Source of the DNA: Lama glama
Lineage: Eukaryota
Direction of reading: 5' to 3'
Assembly: GCA_028534125.1 (NCBI GenBank)
Contig: CM052818.1
Location: 1,242,001 to 1,306,000 of the forward strand
Length of the DNA: 64,000 nt
Shown here: one piece after another, positions 1-11,800 of the stretch
Layout of the letters: every line of letters starts with the position of its first letter
Numbering within the stretch: the stretch's first letter is position 1
Position numbers and translations under genes: made by a program
The notes under the pieces: model-generated
What the model was told of the DNA's origin: nothing
The model's database searches: none
What the model saw: only the letters and a program-made list of their open reading frames with translations

Positions 1-1212
1 TCCGGGAGAACAGGTGGAGCGATGAGTCAGCTGTGAACAGTCGGGTCTGAGGAGCTGGGGGGCATGGAGTGCAGCAGGCAGCCAGCTCGGGGGGCTGCAG
101 CCCAGCAAAGGTCGGCTGGAGGCGTCGGCTGGGAACAAAGAGCAGCCCTGGAAGTGGCGGGCGCAGTGAGGGAGGCCAGAGGAGCCAGGGCTGACCCTGG
201 GGTGGACAGAGGTGACGGGACACGGATAAACCTGAGGAGGACTCAGAAAGGCTGGGAGAGGTGTCAGTGGTACTGGTGTGAAGGTGGGGAAGGGTGGGGG
301 AGTCCAGGAGGGAATGGTCAGAAGATGGGGAGCAGTCAAGCCAGATGGGAGGCTGTTGAGTTTGGCCACAAGGGGGTGGCGGTAACCATGGTTGGGGACT
401 GTCATCAGCATCCACCCAGTGGTGAGGCAGAGGTGGAAGAGCAGAGGGCTGGGGAGCACATAGGAGACCAAGAAGTAGAGGCAGGTCTTGTAAGGAATGG
501 GGTGCTAGGAGAACACCCCCTACTTCTTAGGATGAAGGAGAACTTGATGTATGACAAGCAGGAAAAGCAAGTGGACAAACTGGAGGCAAATGAGCCAGAC
601 AGCTTAGTGGGCCCTGCCTAGCGGCTCTTCCCCGGGCTGGAAGGCCCTGAGTCTGGGAACTGATGGCAAGCTCAGCCTCAAACCCTGTCTCTGAAGCTTT
701 CATCTGTCCAGGGGGGCTCTCCAGGGACAGGTGAGCATCCTGGTGGGGCCAGGCCTTGGGGCAAGGACTGTCGGCTTCTGTGAATGGTGCCCCCTCCACC
801 CAGCCCACAATACTCCCTGTTTCCTGTTCTTCCCTCAAAGAGAGAGGCCGTCAGGGCTCTAAGCATGGGGAAGCACAGTTGCTCTCTCCTCTCCTGACCC
901 ACCTGGGCCTGATTCCCACGACTCATTAAGCCTGGAAAGTCTTGAACATTGCCACCTTCAAGACACAGCGTGGTCCTTCCCTACGTCCCGCCTCAATTTC
1001 TCTTGCTGTGGAGTTGGAGCTAGAGACCAGGGTCAACCACCAACAAAGGAGAAGGGTTAATGGATTGAGTCTCCAAGGTCCCACCCCAAGCTCCCATGCC
1101 CTGAACATGCTTGCTCTGCCAGATCCCACTGGCCCTCAGAGTCAGAATCCACCACCCCAGGCTCACAGGCTCTGGGCTGGAGCTGGATGCCCGTGTTGTT
1201 AAGAGAGAGACT

Positions 1213-1218
1213 TTTATT
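1213..1218 (-). terminator. Probable EMX1 polyadenylation signal AATAAA
   Basis: tttatt on the + strand, about 365 nt downstream of the EMX1 stop codon. Confidence 0.65.
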
Positions 1219-1583
1219 ATTCCCATAGGGAGGCACAAGGGGATCACTAAGAACTACAGAGGGCGCCTGGAAAATAAATTAAAACAGGAACGCATCAAAA
1301 CAAAAAGGAGATAAGAGAAATGGAGAGTGGCTGGGAGGCTGCGGTGGCCGACAGCCTGCCCAGGCAGGCAGGCTCTCCAAGGAGAAGGTAGAGCCGTCCA
1401 GGGCCTCAGCCAGCCCATTCCTTGTCCCTCTGTCGGTGGTGCCCCAGGCTCCAAGGCCCCTGGAGCCGTGACCGAGGCCTCCACGCAGCCCGGCCAAGGG
1501 GTGGCCAGAGTCCTGCTGGGCCCAGCGGGGAGCCTGGCAGCAGTGAGCAGCACTCTGCCCTCGCGGGTTTGTGGCTGCCCGCC

Positions 1584-1751
1584 CTAGTCATTGGAGGTGA
1601 CGTCGATGTCCTCCCCGTTGGCCTGCTTCGTGGCGATGCGCCACCGGTTGATGTGGTGGGAGCCCTTCTTCTTCTGCTCCGACTCGGGCCCCTCCTCCTC
1701 CAGCTTCTGCCGCTTGTACTTTGTCCTCCGGTTCTGGAACCACACCTTCAC
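1584..1751 (-). CDS. EMX1: EMX1 coding exon 3 (recognition helix and C-terminus)
   Basis: Acceptor CCCTGGCCCAG|GTG. Encodes [55 protein letters not shown] followed by TAG (168 bp). Confidence 0.98.
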   Translation of the reverse strand: MKVWFQNRRTKYKRQKLEEEGPESEQKKKGSHHINRWRIATKQANGEDIDVTSND

Positions 1752-4700
1752 CTGGGCCAGGGAGGGAGGGGCACAGGTGAGAAACACCCAGGAGGCCCCC
1801 AGAGCGGCCCCCAGGGCCTCAGCACTCGGGCTGAGCTGGGAGCCAGATGGGGAAACCGAGGCCATGGTCCCCTCCTCTGGCCGGTGCCACCTGCCAGGTC
1901 TGGGGGCCTGCCCTTCCAGATGCGAAGGCGAGGGGGCCACGGGGAGGGCACAGCGGGCCAGAAAGGACCGTTTTCCTGTCCCTCTCAGCAGAGGAGGGGA
2001 TCTTGCAGCTGCTGAGCAGCCTGGATCCTGTAGCCACAGTAAAGGAAAGAGACTTGGGTCCCTACGGGTTTTTAGAGAAGAGATTGATAATTGCTTCTTC
2101 ACAGGGTTGGCGTGAACGTAAATGAGGGAACATACGAAAAGCCATCACAGAGGTCCTGCTGGGCTCCCTGATAGCCGGGTGTTAGCAACACCCTCTGGGC
2201 CACCCTGTGCCCTTTGTGGCACAAAGAAACAGAGTGGACATGACTCGATAACCAGGAGGCGGTGGCCACACCAAGAGCAGTGCCCGGGGCAGCCAGAGCA
2301 CTCCTAGGGTCCTGGACCCCTCCGCTCCAGGCGCTAACATCTCAGGCCATCTAGGTCTGTTTCACCAGGAGGTGCTGTCTTAGTGACCTCAGGAGGAACT
2401 CCCCCACCCCACAACAGAGGCAGAGCTGGGTAAGTGGGGAGTCCTGGCCCCTTGTGTGCCAGCCCCTCAGAGGAGTCTGAAATCCACCAGTGAGGCCTCA
2501 CCCTCCTTAGACATAGGGGTGTCTGCAGCCCCACCCAGGGCAGCACTCTGGCTTCCTGCCCCCATAACACTGGCCCTGGCAGCCCATCCAGATGTGGAAA
2601 CAGGTCACATAAGGAACAGTCAGGAGAAATCCCAGGGGACAGAAGTGAGCTCCTCTTTAAACACAGAGAGCCCCCCACTTCTGTGACAGGCAGTGAGAGC
2701 CCTGACAAGGGGAGAGGTCAGAGACCAGACAACCATCCTTTGTAATGAGGAGGTGGTGGGGGCGGGGCAGGAAGGCAAGTGCAGGTCTATGACACTAAGC
2801 CCATCTCCTCCAGGAAGCCTCCCCAGATTTAGTCTCATCTCTGATCATCCATCCCTTCTCCCAACTCCTCCAGCATTTGCTTAGTGTCCAGGACACAGAC
2901 AGCCTTTAACATCTTTTCGTGCAAAACCTGGGAGGATCATCCTGGTTCCCAATTAGTCTTAGGTCTTGACGAATGTGGAGAAGGCCTTGGTCTGTCAACT
3001 CCTCCTGACTACAGTCCTTTACTCAGCCTTGCAGAACCAGGCCAGACCAGATCAGCCGCAGAGTTAGCAGGAGGGGCCTGGGTGCCGCTACATTCCCTCC
3101 CCTCTCTGGACTTGAGACCCTCACCCATAGGTGAGATGTTTTCTGGGGCCCTTGCAGCACCAGGGCACCTCCTAGGCTTTTGTTCCAGAGGGTCCCTGCG
3201 GGAGGTGATGCAGACGGGTTGGGTTATAAGGCATGGATGGTTTCCTGGAAATGACAGCACAGTTAAAAAGCAAGTAGGTGCTGCCAGCTGCAGCTGGAGT
3301 GATCGACCCGTGGTGCCCATGCAGGTGGGGAGTGGTAAGTCATGCGAGTGGAAAGACAGAGAGCACCCTAGTTTTGGCAGCAGCAGTGACTGCTGAGGGG
3401 AGATGCTTGATTCCTGGGTGGGGTTAAGGGCAATCCTGAGAAACACCACCCAGTTCTGCCCCTGCTCCCCGAGAATGGGTGAAAAGCATAGGCCTTAGCC
3501 ATAAAGCCAGGCAGAGGCAGCCAAAGCAGGCCTGGCATCTGGGCCCAGGGAGCAGCTCCTGCCCAGGGTGGTCCACCCTCACACTTCCCAGACACTCCCC
3601 TCGGTCCCCTCCATGGAGCCCACCCAACCCAGGGCTCCCCCTAGCTGCCCCTCCCCAGGGTTTCCATGGCACCACCTGCCCTGCCCTGCCCCTTGATTTT
3701 AGAGCACTAGGAGGGGAGTGAGGGCAGCCAGGGCTCCGCAGAGCAGTCAGCCAGGGACAGGAGGAGATGAAGTGGCTGGTATTGGTGGATGGAGTTGGGG
3801 AGCGCCTTCTTCCCTTCCTTCCACGGCAGCATTCAAAACCATTGCCTGCATGGCCCACCTCAAGTAGATAGGGACGATGGTGGATGCTCTAGGCACAGGG
3901 CTTCTTGATTCCATGGCCACCTGTCCTTGGGCACAGGGCGGGCTGGGCCCTAGGTGGTTCTCGGCACACCCATTTGGCAACCAGCCTGGCCCCTGCCCCC
4001 AGCCCTGGAGCCCACTGTGGCTGTGCCAGCCCGTAGGCGGGTGAGCTCGCCCAGCCTCCTGTGCAAGGCGTGTGTGTGTGTGACTCAGGCCTGGATGCAG
4101 GGCTGGGGCGGTGTTCCTGAGAGCCCCAAGGGCTAAGCGTGGCCAGCCTGGTCACAGGTGACTCGGGGCAGCCCTGGGCATCACCGGGGACAGAGGGCCC
4201 CTTTCTGCACATTTTTCTCCCACACACACTCCCAAGTCTCCTTCCAGAAAGAAGACTCCCCTCTAGTGGGATGGACCCAGTCGGCTACCCTTACCCAGCA
4301 TCACCGGCCCAAAGAAGGAACGCATCGGGGTGGAAATTCAGGCACAGGGTGTGTTTTCACACCAGGGGCAGCTTCCTGGCACACTCAAATGAAAAGTGAT
4401 TCTGAATATTCTCTCCATGAACACTACTAGGGTCAAGGAGGCAGCTCTCTAGAAACAGGGACAAAAACTCTCCCCAGGCAGCCTGGCTATCTTCCTGAGA
4501 ACAGCCTTGGGCTGAGTGTCCAGATGCTGTTTACAAAGACTGTAGTAACAAGGGGATGCTTATGGATTAGTAATATCAGTGAAAACGGCAGGATGCACAG
4601 TTTGGGCACAGCGTGATCACAACCAAAGCAAAACAGAGCCGAGGCACGGGGAAAAAAAGACTAGAAGGAAGTGGACCCCAAGTGTGGGTGACTTCTCTTT

Positions 4701-7700
4701 CTTCTCTCCACTTTTCTGACTTTTCTTTAGTGCATTATTGATAACAATTAATAGTAATTCTTTTATTTGGATAAAGGAAAGGAACTGGGCTCTGAGTGCA
4801 GTAAGAGACAAGAAGACACCCCATGAGCTCTCTCATGCAGTCATGAGACTCTGGGGTCACCCCAGAGCCACTCCCCTAGAAGATGAGGACCTCAAAAGGA
4901 ACCAGATTACACAGCGTGGCTACCAGCTCGGGGTGGGGGTGGGGGGGCAGCCTCAGGAGGCTGCTTATTCTGCACCTGCCTTCCCCCAGCCCGGCACACC
5001 GCTCACCTTTCTTCAAGCCCCCAGGGCACAACTGGGGCATTGGCTAGAGGAACCCCTCACCCATCTCTGAGTCCTCTGGGTTTGGGGAGTGGTTCCTTGC
5101 GGCCTCTGAAGTCCTCACCTCACTCAATGCCTCTTAGTTTTTCATATAAGGGAGATCCTGCCAAGAGCCTCCACTTTTGTCTGAGTTACACCACCTGGAA
5201 TACTCTTACTTAGCCTTCAAAACCCTGCTCACATGTTCCTGGTCTGGATGTGCCCCATGACCTGTCTGTACTTAGTACTTTTCTCTGTCTCGGTAACAGT
5301 GACCCCAGCAATGCACTAATTTATTTGCTTAAAACTCTGCCTCCACACCAGTCTGTGGGAATCTGGAGAACCCAAGGGGTGTGAGAGCCGGCTTTGGAGC
5401 ACCAGCGGGCGTTTTCCAGTATGTTCAGCCAGCAGGGCAGAAGTGAAGTGGCTGAGCCCCATGCTCTAGACATGAGGTGCTTGGGCCAACCTGGAAAATT
5501 GGAGAAAATCAACGGCAGAGGGGATGAGGTCTAATTGAAAAAGGAGTTTGGGAAGTGCTAACTGCTGGAGAGATGGAGTCCTCTTTTGGCTTAGTCTAGT
5601 GGACACTTCTACAAGAAGATCAATTCTTGATTCTCCATGCTGTGGATTGAATTGCCCTTTTCTAAGGGGAAAGCTTCAGAGGAAGATCCATTGTTGAGGG
5701 GACAAGGGTCAGCGTGAGTCAGGCAGGATAAAGAAGGTGAAATGGCTGTGGTTGAATGAATGAATGAATGAAAGCATCAATGCGTTAGCAGATTGATCAC
5801 GGTGAGCATTAATGAATGAAGGCGTGCATGAGTGAATGGACAAATGAACTTACAGACAAGGACACTATAGCTCCGGGCAATATTTCAGACTTTGCCTTCA
5901 AATGGACCAGGTCTGGATCCCTTCTTTTCCACCACTCCTCAAACTTAGCCCATTTCTAGTGGGCGTCTGTGGCTCCTGGCTCCTGGCCCCTGCATACTTT
6001 CAGGTGGAAGCCTGTCCTCTCCTCAAGGAGTTCAAATACCTCTTTCAAGGAGTTTTTGAGTCTCGTAACTGATACAAGTTCCTCCTTATGTCTTACTGTT
6101 ATCTCTTCTGTGTCCTCCTATTCTGTCACCCTCAGACACAGAGGAAGTCCTCAGACTAGGCAGAGGCTTGGAGACATCAACCAGATCACTCCTCAGCCTG
6201 CCTCCTCCCTGCCCTCTCCCCTGGGATCCATTTCCTAACATTTGATCATGTGAGCTGCTCCCACTCTCAAGGTCAAGCCCAATGCCATGCAAAGCCCAAC
6301 CCTCACCCCACCAAAGTGAGGTCACCTCTGACTCCCCATCAGCCAGAGCCCGAACCCTTCCGAAGCCTTCTCATCTCCTCTCATATCACCCTGGATGCTT
6401 GCCCTCATTCTCAGGGAGACATCGCAAGATTCGTCTGCCTCCTCAGGACCATGACCTCAGAGAAGCACTCCAGTCTCCCTTAACTCCCCTGCCCTCTCCT
6501 GCCTCCCACTGGACTCCTGGGGCTTCAGAGGTGCAGAAGTTCTTAAAGAAGAGCCGAGACTTAGAGAAGGAATGAGTCTGTCTCAGAACACACAGTGAGC
6601 TAGTAACAAAGGCCTCTTGACCTTTCCCTAAAATTCACGTCACTCAGATCTTTCCCTCTCATCCAACGCCCAAAAGGCAGAGTATTTGAGCAGAAGTCTT
6701 CTTACCATGCCTCTGGGGAAAAAATCCATAGGCAGGTGGCCACACACACCTGCCTCCTAAGACCTTCCTGCTTGTTCTCTAGCCCCAAGACGGTAGCCAG
6801 ACTTGACAGCTCCTGCTCCATCTTAATCTCAAACCCTCCCCTTCCTTCCCACCAGTCTAGAATCCTACACATTCCTCCAAGCCTTCTATGTCTGCGGCCT
6901 TCCAGGAGCCTTCCACCCACGCAGCTCTCCCCTGACCTCCTGAGTCTACAGTTGTGACGTCAAGGGGACTCCAGTCACCCATCCCATGCACACCCCACAA
7001 GTATACACATTTTGCATTTAGGCCCCAGCACTGAATGAGGGCTCTCCAAAGCCAAGAGCCACATTTCTGCACCCTTTTCCCTCACAGCTCAGCTAAATTC
7101 AGCCAGGGTAGGTCAAGAAACACCTCCTGAACTATTCAGAGCAGAAGGAGCATCTGGAAACACGAACCAATGGGTCAGCCTAGAGCAACAAAATGCTTTT
7201 TCTCACTCCGTCTAAAATTAACACGCCCTCCCCCCACGTACACAGAAGCACACAGATGCACACCAGGCTATGTGCATAGATCATAGCACCTGACCTTTGG
7301 GCAGCGATCACACTAAGCCCACATGTGCCCCACATTGTGGGCGCACACACGTGCTACTCACACCCATTACACACACACATTCACTCGCGCTTGAGGTTCT
7401 GATCTGACCCAGGCCAGAGTCTGCCCCACCAGCCACCAAAACTAAAGTTTAGGTGGGCTTCACCGTGGTCAGACCCCCGGGCTGTGCCACAGCAGTGATG
7501 AGCAAATAATTAGAGCCAGAAGGGAGAACTAGCCCTTGCCCAGGGCCCCTCTCTCCACCACCTGGATTAACTCATGGCCATCCCAGCACAAACAGCCCGC
7601 TCCTAACCAAACTAAAGCCCCACCTGCAACAGAGATGCTTAGGATTCCCATCTCCCAACACCCCACGCTAGAGCTTTGGGCATACAGACACCCCTGAACT

Positions 7701-8039
7701 CTGGATTAAGGCCCACACACTGATCTGCCTAAGCCTTCCAGAAGTTTCCCCCATGAATTGGTAAATAAAACTCGATCATCTAGATCAACAATCAGCTATG
7801 AAAGTGTAAGGGAAAGACAGAAGGAGAGCGACAGGGAGGGAGCAGTGACGGCAGAGAACGAAGGAAATGACTGATAAAGTTAACATATGGATAAGTGTAC
7901 AACCATGAGAAATTGGCCCATTCATTCAACATGTTTATGGAGCATCTGCTCCTTGCTGGTCACTGAGCTGGGCCCTGGGGCACAGTGAGTAGGAAGGCTC
8001 GGCCTCTGCCTCCCAGAGCTGAGATGCTCAGACCCATTA

Positions 8040-8170
8040 TTCATCAGAATCACCTACAGAGCTGTTTTTAAAACTTTCCTGGGTCCCACCCTGGAACTCC
8101 TAAGAGAATCTCCTGAGCAGGGCCTAGGAATCTGCATGTTAAGATTTCTTTGAGAGACAGATGCAACCAG
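8040..8170. mobile_element. MER5A-like DNA transposon remnant
   Basis: catcagaatcacct...ctgggtcccaccc...gggcctaggaatctgcat. Confidence 0.55.
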
Positions 8171-9235
8171 TGCACAGGTTGACATTTGGACATGGCAGAT
8201 TATTAAACAACAGCAAACTCCTGTATGTATTATGATATATGGGAAATATGCCGTGACTTCTGAGAACCTGGAGGAGGGATTATAAACAGAAATACAGAGA
8301 AGTAGAAAACAGATGAGCTGGAAGCTCAGGGCTGAAAAGGACCCTGGAGTTCGTTTCATTCAATCTTACAGATACAGCAACTGAGGCTCAGAAGACAAAG
8401 CCAGGGCCGGTGAGATAACCATTAGCAGACATTGCATATACTATCTGCCAGCTGCTAAGTACATCTATAGAGATGGAAGTTTGAGAGGGATAGTGGATAC
8501 ACAGAAGATAAAACAGAGTAGATCATAAAGAGATAATCAACAGTTTGGTAAATAGGAGTTATTGTCAGGAAGAAGAAGAGAATAGAAAGTAAGAAATATA
8601 AATTAACCAGCTTTGGGGAGGCAGTTTAATGAGAGCAAACAGAAGTACATGGCTAGGTATAAAGTAGCTACTGTGAGGGACAGATTAGAGAGCTCTGAGA
8701 GACAAATATACATATTGACAGTAGAAATAGATGGCAGGGGGCTGGTGAGAGTGACTGATGCTCGACAAAGAGCTGGTAGCTAGAAATGACAGGTAAGCTT
8801 GCCTGGCAAATACTGAGGGATAGATAACTAGTTAATTACACAGCCTAGATCCAAATGATAGTTATGAGAGGGACAGAAGGACAGCTCTGTTGATGAAGAA
8901 GACTGAACTAAGAGTCAGGAAGCCCAGCTTTGGGTCTTATTATAACACTAACTTGACATATTACTTTAAACAAAGGGAAGGGAAGCATTGGGGATGAGAA
9001 TTAATATTACTTGCCTTTAATCCTTAAACAACCTATTTTCTGGATGATGAAACCAGAACTCAGGGTAGTTGAGTAACTGGCCCAAGGTCACACAGTCAGT
9101 TAGCAGGGAGGTAGATACTGGAATCCCACCTACCTGCCCGGGGAGCTCTGCCCAGTTCATGTCTCCATCTCAGAGGCCTCACCTGGAAACACAGGCCACC
9201 ACAAGGAAGTATCTCAGGCTCAAACCTCCCATAGC

Positions 9236-9236
<1 letters not shown>

Positions 9237-9287
<51 letters not shown>
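9237..9287 (+). repeat. (TTA)17 microsatellite
   Basis: Perfect repeat in EMX1 intron 2. Confidence 0.95.
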
Positions 9288-9288
<1 letters not shown>

Positions 9289-10559
9289 TTATTTCATATG
9301 CTTAAACCACCTCATTTATAGATGGAACAAGATTAGCCACGAGTTTTGATAGTTAGTGAAGCTGGATATTTCCTGTCTGGTTTTGTTTTAAATATATGTT
9401 TAAGCATCTTATAATTAAAAACAAAAAAAAATCGTTAGGTTTACTAACTGGCATTGTTAGGAGCAAATATTGACAGGCAACCAGGTTCAGTTGAAAGAAT
9501 ATCTATTCAAAATGCTCTTACAGAGCTAAAAAACTGAAAGTTTAAAAACAATGACATTATTTCAACAAGTGTTCATCTGTGGGCGGTGGGCTTATAAACT
9601 GTTTTGTTTTCTTACACTTCTGCAATTAAAATTTAATAACTATTACTTTTTAAATGAGGTTAACTATAAACATCATTCTTAAATTGACACCCTGTTTTAA
9701 ACAACAGTTTTAAAATACTGTTCACCAAGAAGGAAAAGGGGGTATTTTTATTAACTTGGTTTTTTAAAAACATGTCTTTCTTTAAAATGTTTTAAAAATT
9801 AATTCCGTTGTTTTGTAAGCTTTACTCTGCAGTTAGAACAGCCCAGCTAGCAAGTCTGAAACAGCGTGGGTCCTGTAGCAGGTAGGGGAGCAATGCGCTG
9901 ATGAAACAGGGCATCTTATAGATAGCACAATAGATACCGAAATGCGCCGGGAGCAGGAAAGAGTGAGGTCGGGCCGCAGGGAGCTGGAGACGCAGTTTGG
10001 GTTTGGACTTCCCCACTAAACCTTCCATGTAGCCTCGCTGCTCCCCAGGAGATCCCAGGCTGCGCACACCCATACTCCCGCCAACAGCCTGACGCCTTCC
10101 TACAGTCCGGGACTAGGGTGGAGGATGGTGGTATAGGTGGCGGCGAAGCGAGCAGAAAGCGGTGCAGAAAATGAAATGCCGGCGGGCTCGAGCGGCTAGG
10201 CCAAGTAAGCTGAACTCTCTCCTTGCAAATCCGGGAACTGACGGGGACAGAAGGGAGTTAAGGTCTTCCGAAGCCCGTCTAGATACTGAAATCCGCCTCC
10301 AGTCCAGCACGCTGGACTCCCGGCCGACCAAGAGCTTCCAGACAGCATTTATTTATTGTAAAGTCTTTACTTACAGTAAACCCAAATTTGCCTCCCTATA
10401 ATTCCCATTTAGTTCTTAAATTTTTTCTTAATTATGAAACATACTACGTGGTACTTGTAATATCACCCAGTTCAAACCCCTTCAGCGCCGCTGCAGTTTA
10501 CTCCCTCCCCGACTCAACAACACTTCAAGTGGCTGAAAACAGGCCCTGAGTACCAGAAT

Positions 10560-11800
10560 CGCCTTTTCCACCACTGTCAGGCCCCTCAGATGTCCGCGCA
10601 CGCACACACCGCAGTTTCAAAGCCCCGGCAGCCGGCCCGGAAAGAGATCAGAGCCCCGCTCCGACCCCCAGCAGGACTGCCCGCTCCCTGGCTAAGCCCT
10701 CTGCTTCAGATGTTTACAGCCCGAGGACACGTGGGCTCTCTCAGCACAGCCGCTGGTGGGCGGCCGAGGCCTGCGCCCACTTTGCCCTGCACGGCAGCGA
10801 AGCCAGAGTGGGACAGGCCTGGGCACCCCCGCACACGCCTAAGCGCCCCCAGAACAGCGGCGGGAGAAGGGCTGCAGGAGCCGCGGGCCTGAGACAGCTC
10901 CAGAGGGCCCTGGGGGGCCCGGAGTGGCCGTGGGGTGGGCGCCCCGCGCTCGGCGGGTTCCCCAGGCCGCCCGCTGCCTCCTGGTAACAGGCAGCTGCTA
11001 TGGGCTGTGGGAGCGGGGTCGGAATCAGGTTTGATCCCAACCTCCTAGGAGGTTCTTAGCGTTTCATAAAAGTCCTGGGCCTCCTCGAGGCTGAAGGCAG
11101 TCGGAGGGAAGGGGTCCTAAAGACCGGCTTGGCGGGGGCGCCGCAGGGGCGGCGGGAGAAGCAGGGGGAGGCTGGGGGCGAGGCTGGCCGGTCCCGCTCC
11201 CGCCCGCCCCACCTCCACCTGCCTCCCCGCAACCACCACCACCCCGGGCAGAGCGCGGACTATTTATTACCTGCGTCTCGGAAAGGCTGAGGCTGCCGGC
11301 CAGCTGCTTCCGCTCGGCGCCCACCACGTAGTGGTTCTTCTCGAAGGCACGCTCCAGTCGCAGCAGCTGCGAGGGCGAGAAGGCCGTGCGGATCCGCTTG
11401 GGCTTGCGCGCGAAGGGGCCGTGCAGAAGCAGCCCGTCCTGGGGCACGTCGCTCGCTGCGGCCGCGCCGCCGACGGCAACACACGCAGATACAGACAGAG
11501 AGAAGCGCGCGGTGAGCCGCCCGCCGGAGCCGGCCAGGCTCGGGCCTGGCGCGGCGCTCGCACGCGCCCCCGGAGCGATCGGCTGCCCTCTCCAATCCTC
11601 GACACCCAACCTCTCTCCCAAATTCTCCCCCATCCCTTTTGCCGCCCCTTCCTTCAGTCCACTCTCCTCCCCAACACCTCCCCGCTGAGAGCTCCCAGGT
11701 CGAGGCCCGGGGAATCACAGCGCTGGGGATCACTGTTGGGCCAGAAGCCGGGCCCAGGCCTGGTGAGGCGCCGACCGGCCCAAATCCACAGTGTCTGGAG
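10560..11800. promoter_or_regulatory. Intragenic CpG island around EMX1 exon 2
   Basis: Dense CpG and GC content flanking exon 2. Boundaries are approximate. Confidence 0.8.
11271..11455 (-). CDS. EMX1: EMX1 coding exon 2 (homeodomain N-terminal arm, helices 1-2 and start of helix 3)
   Basis: 185 bp between acceptor CGCAG| and donor CAG|GTAATA. Encodes (A)[61 protein letters not shown]. Phases match exons 1 and 3. Confidence 0.98.

Noticed and set aside
1253..1268. CTCF-like ACTACAGAGGGCGCC in the EMX1 3'UTR
   Set aside because: The 5' half of the core matches poorly, so it cannot be supported without data.
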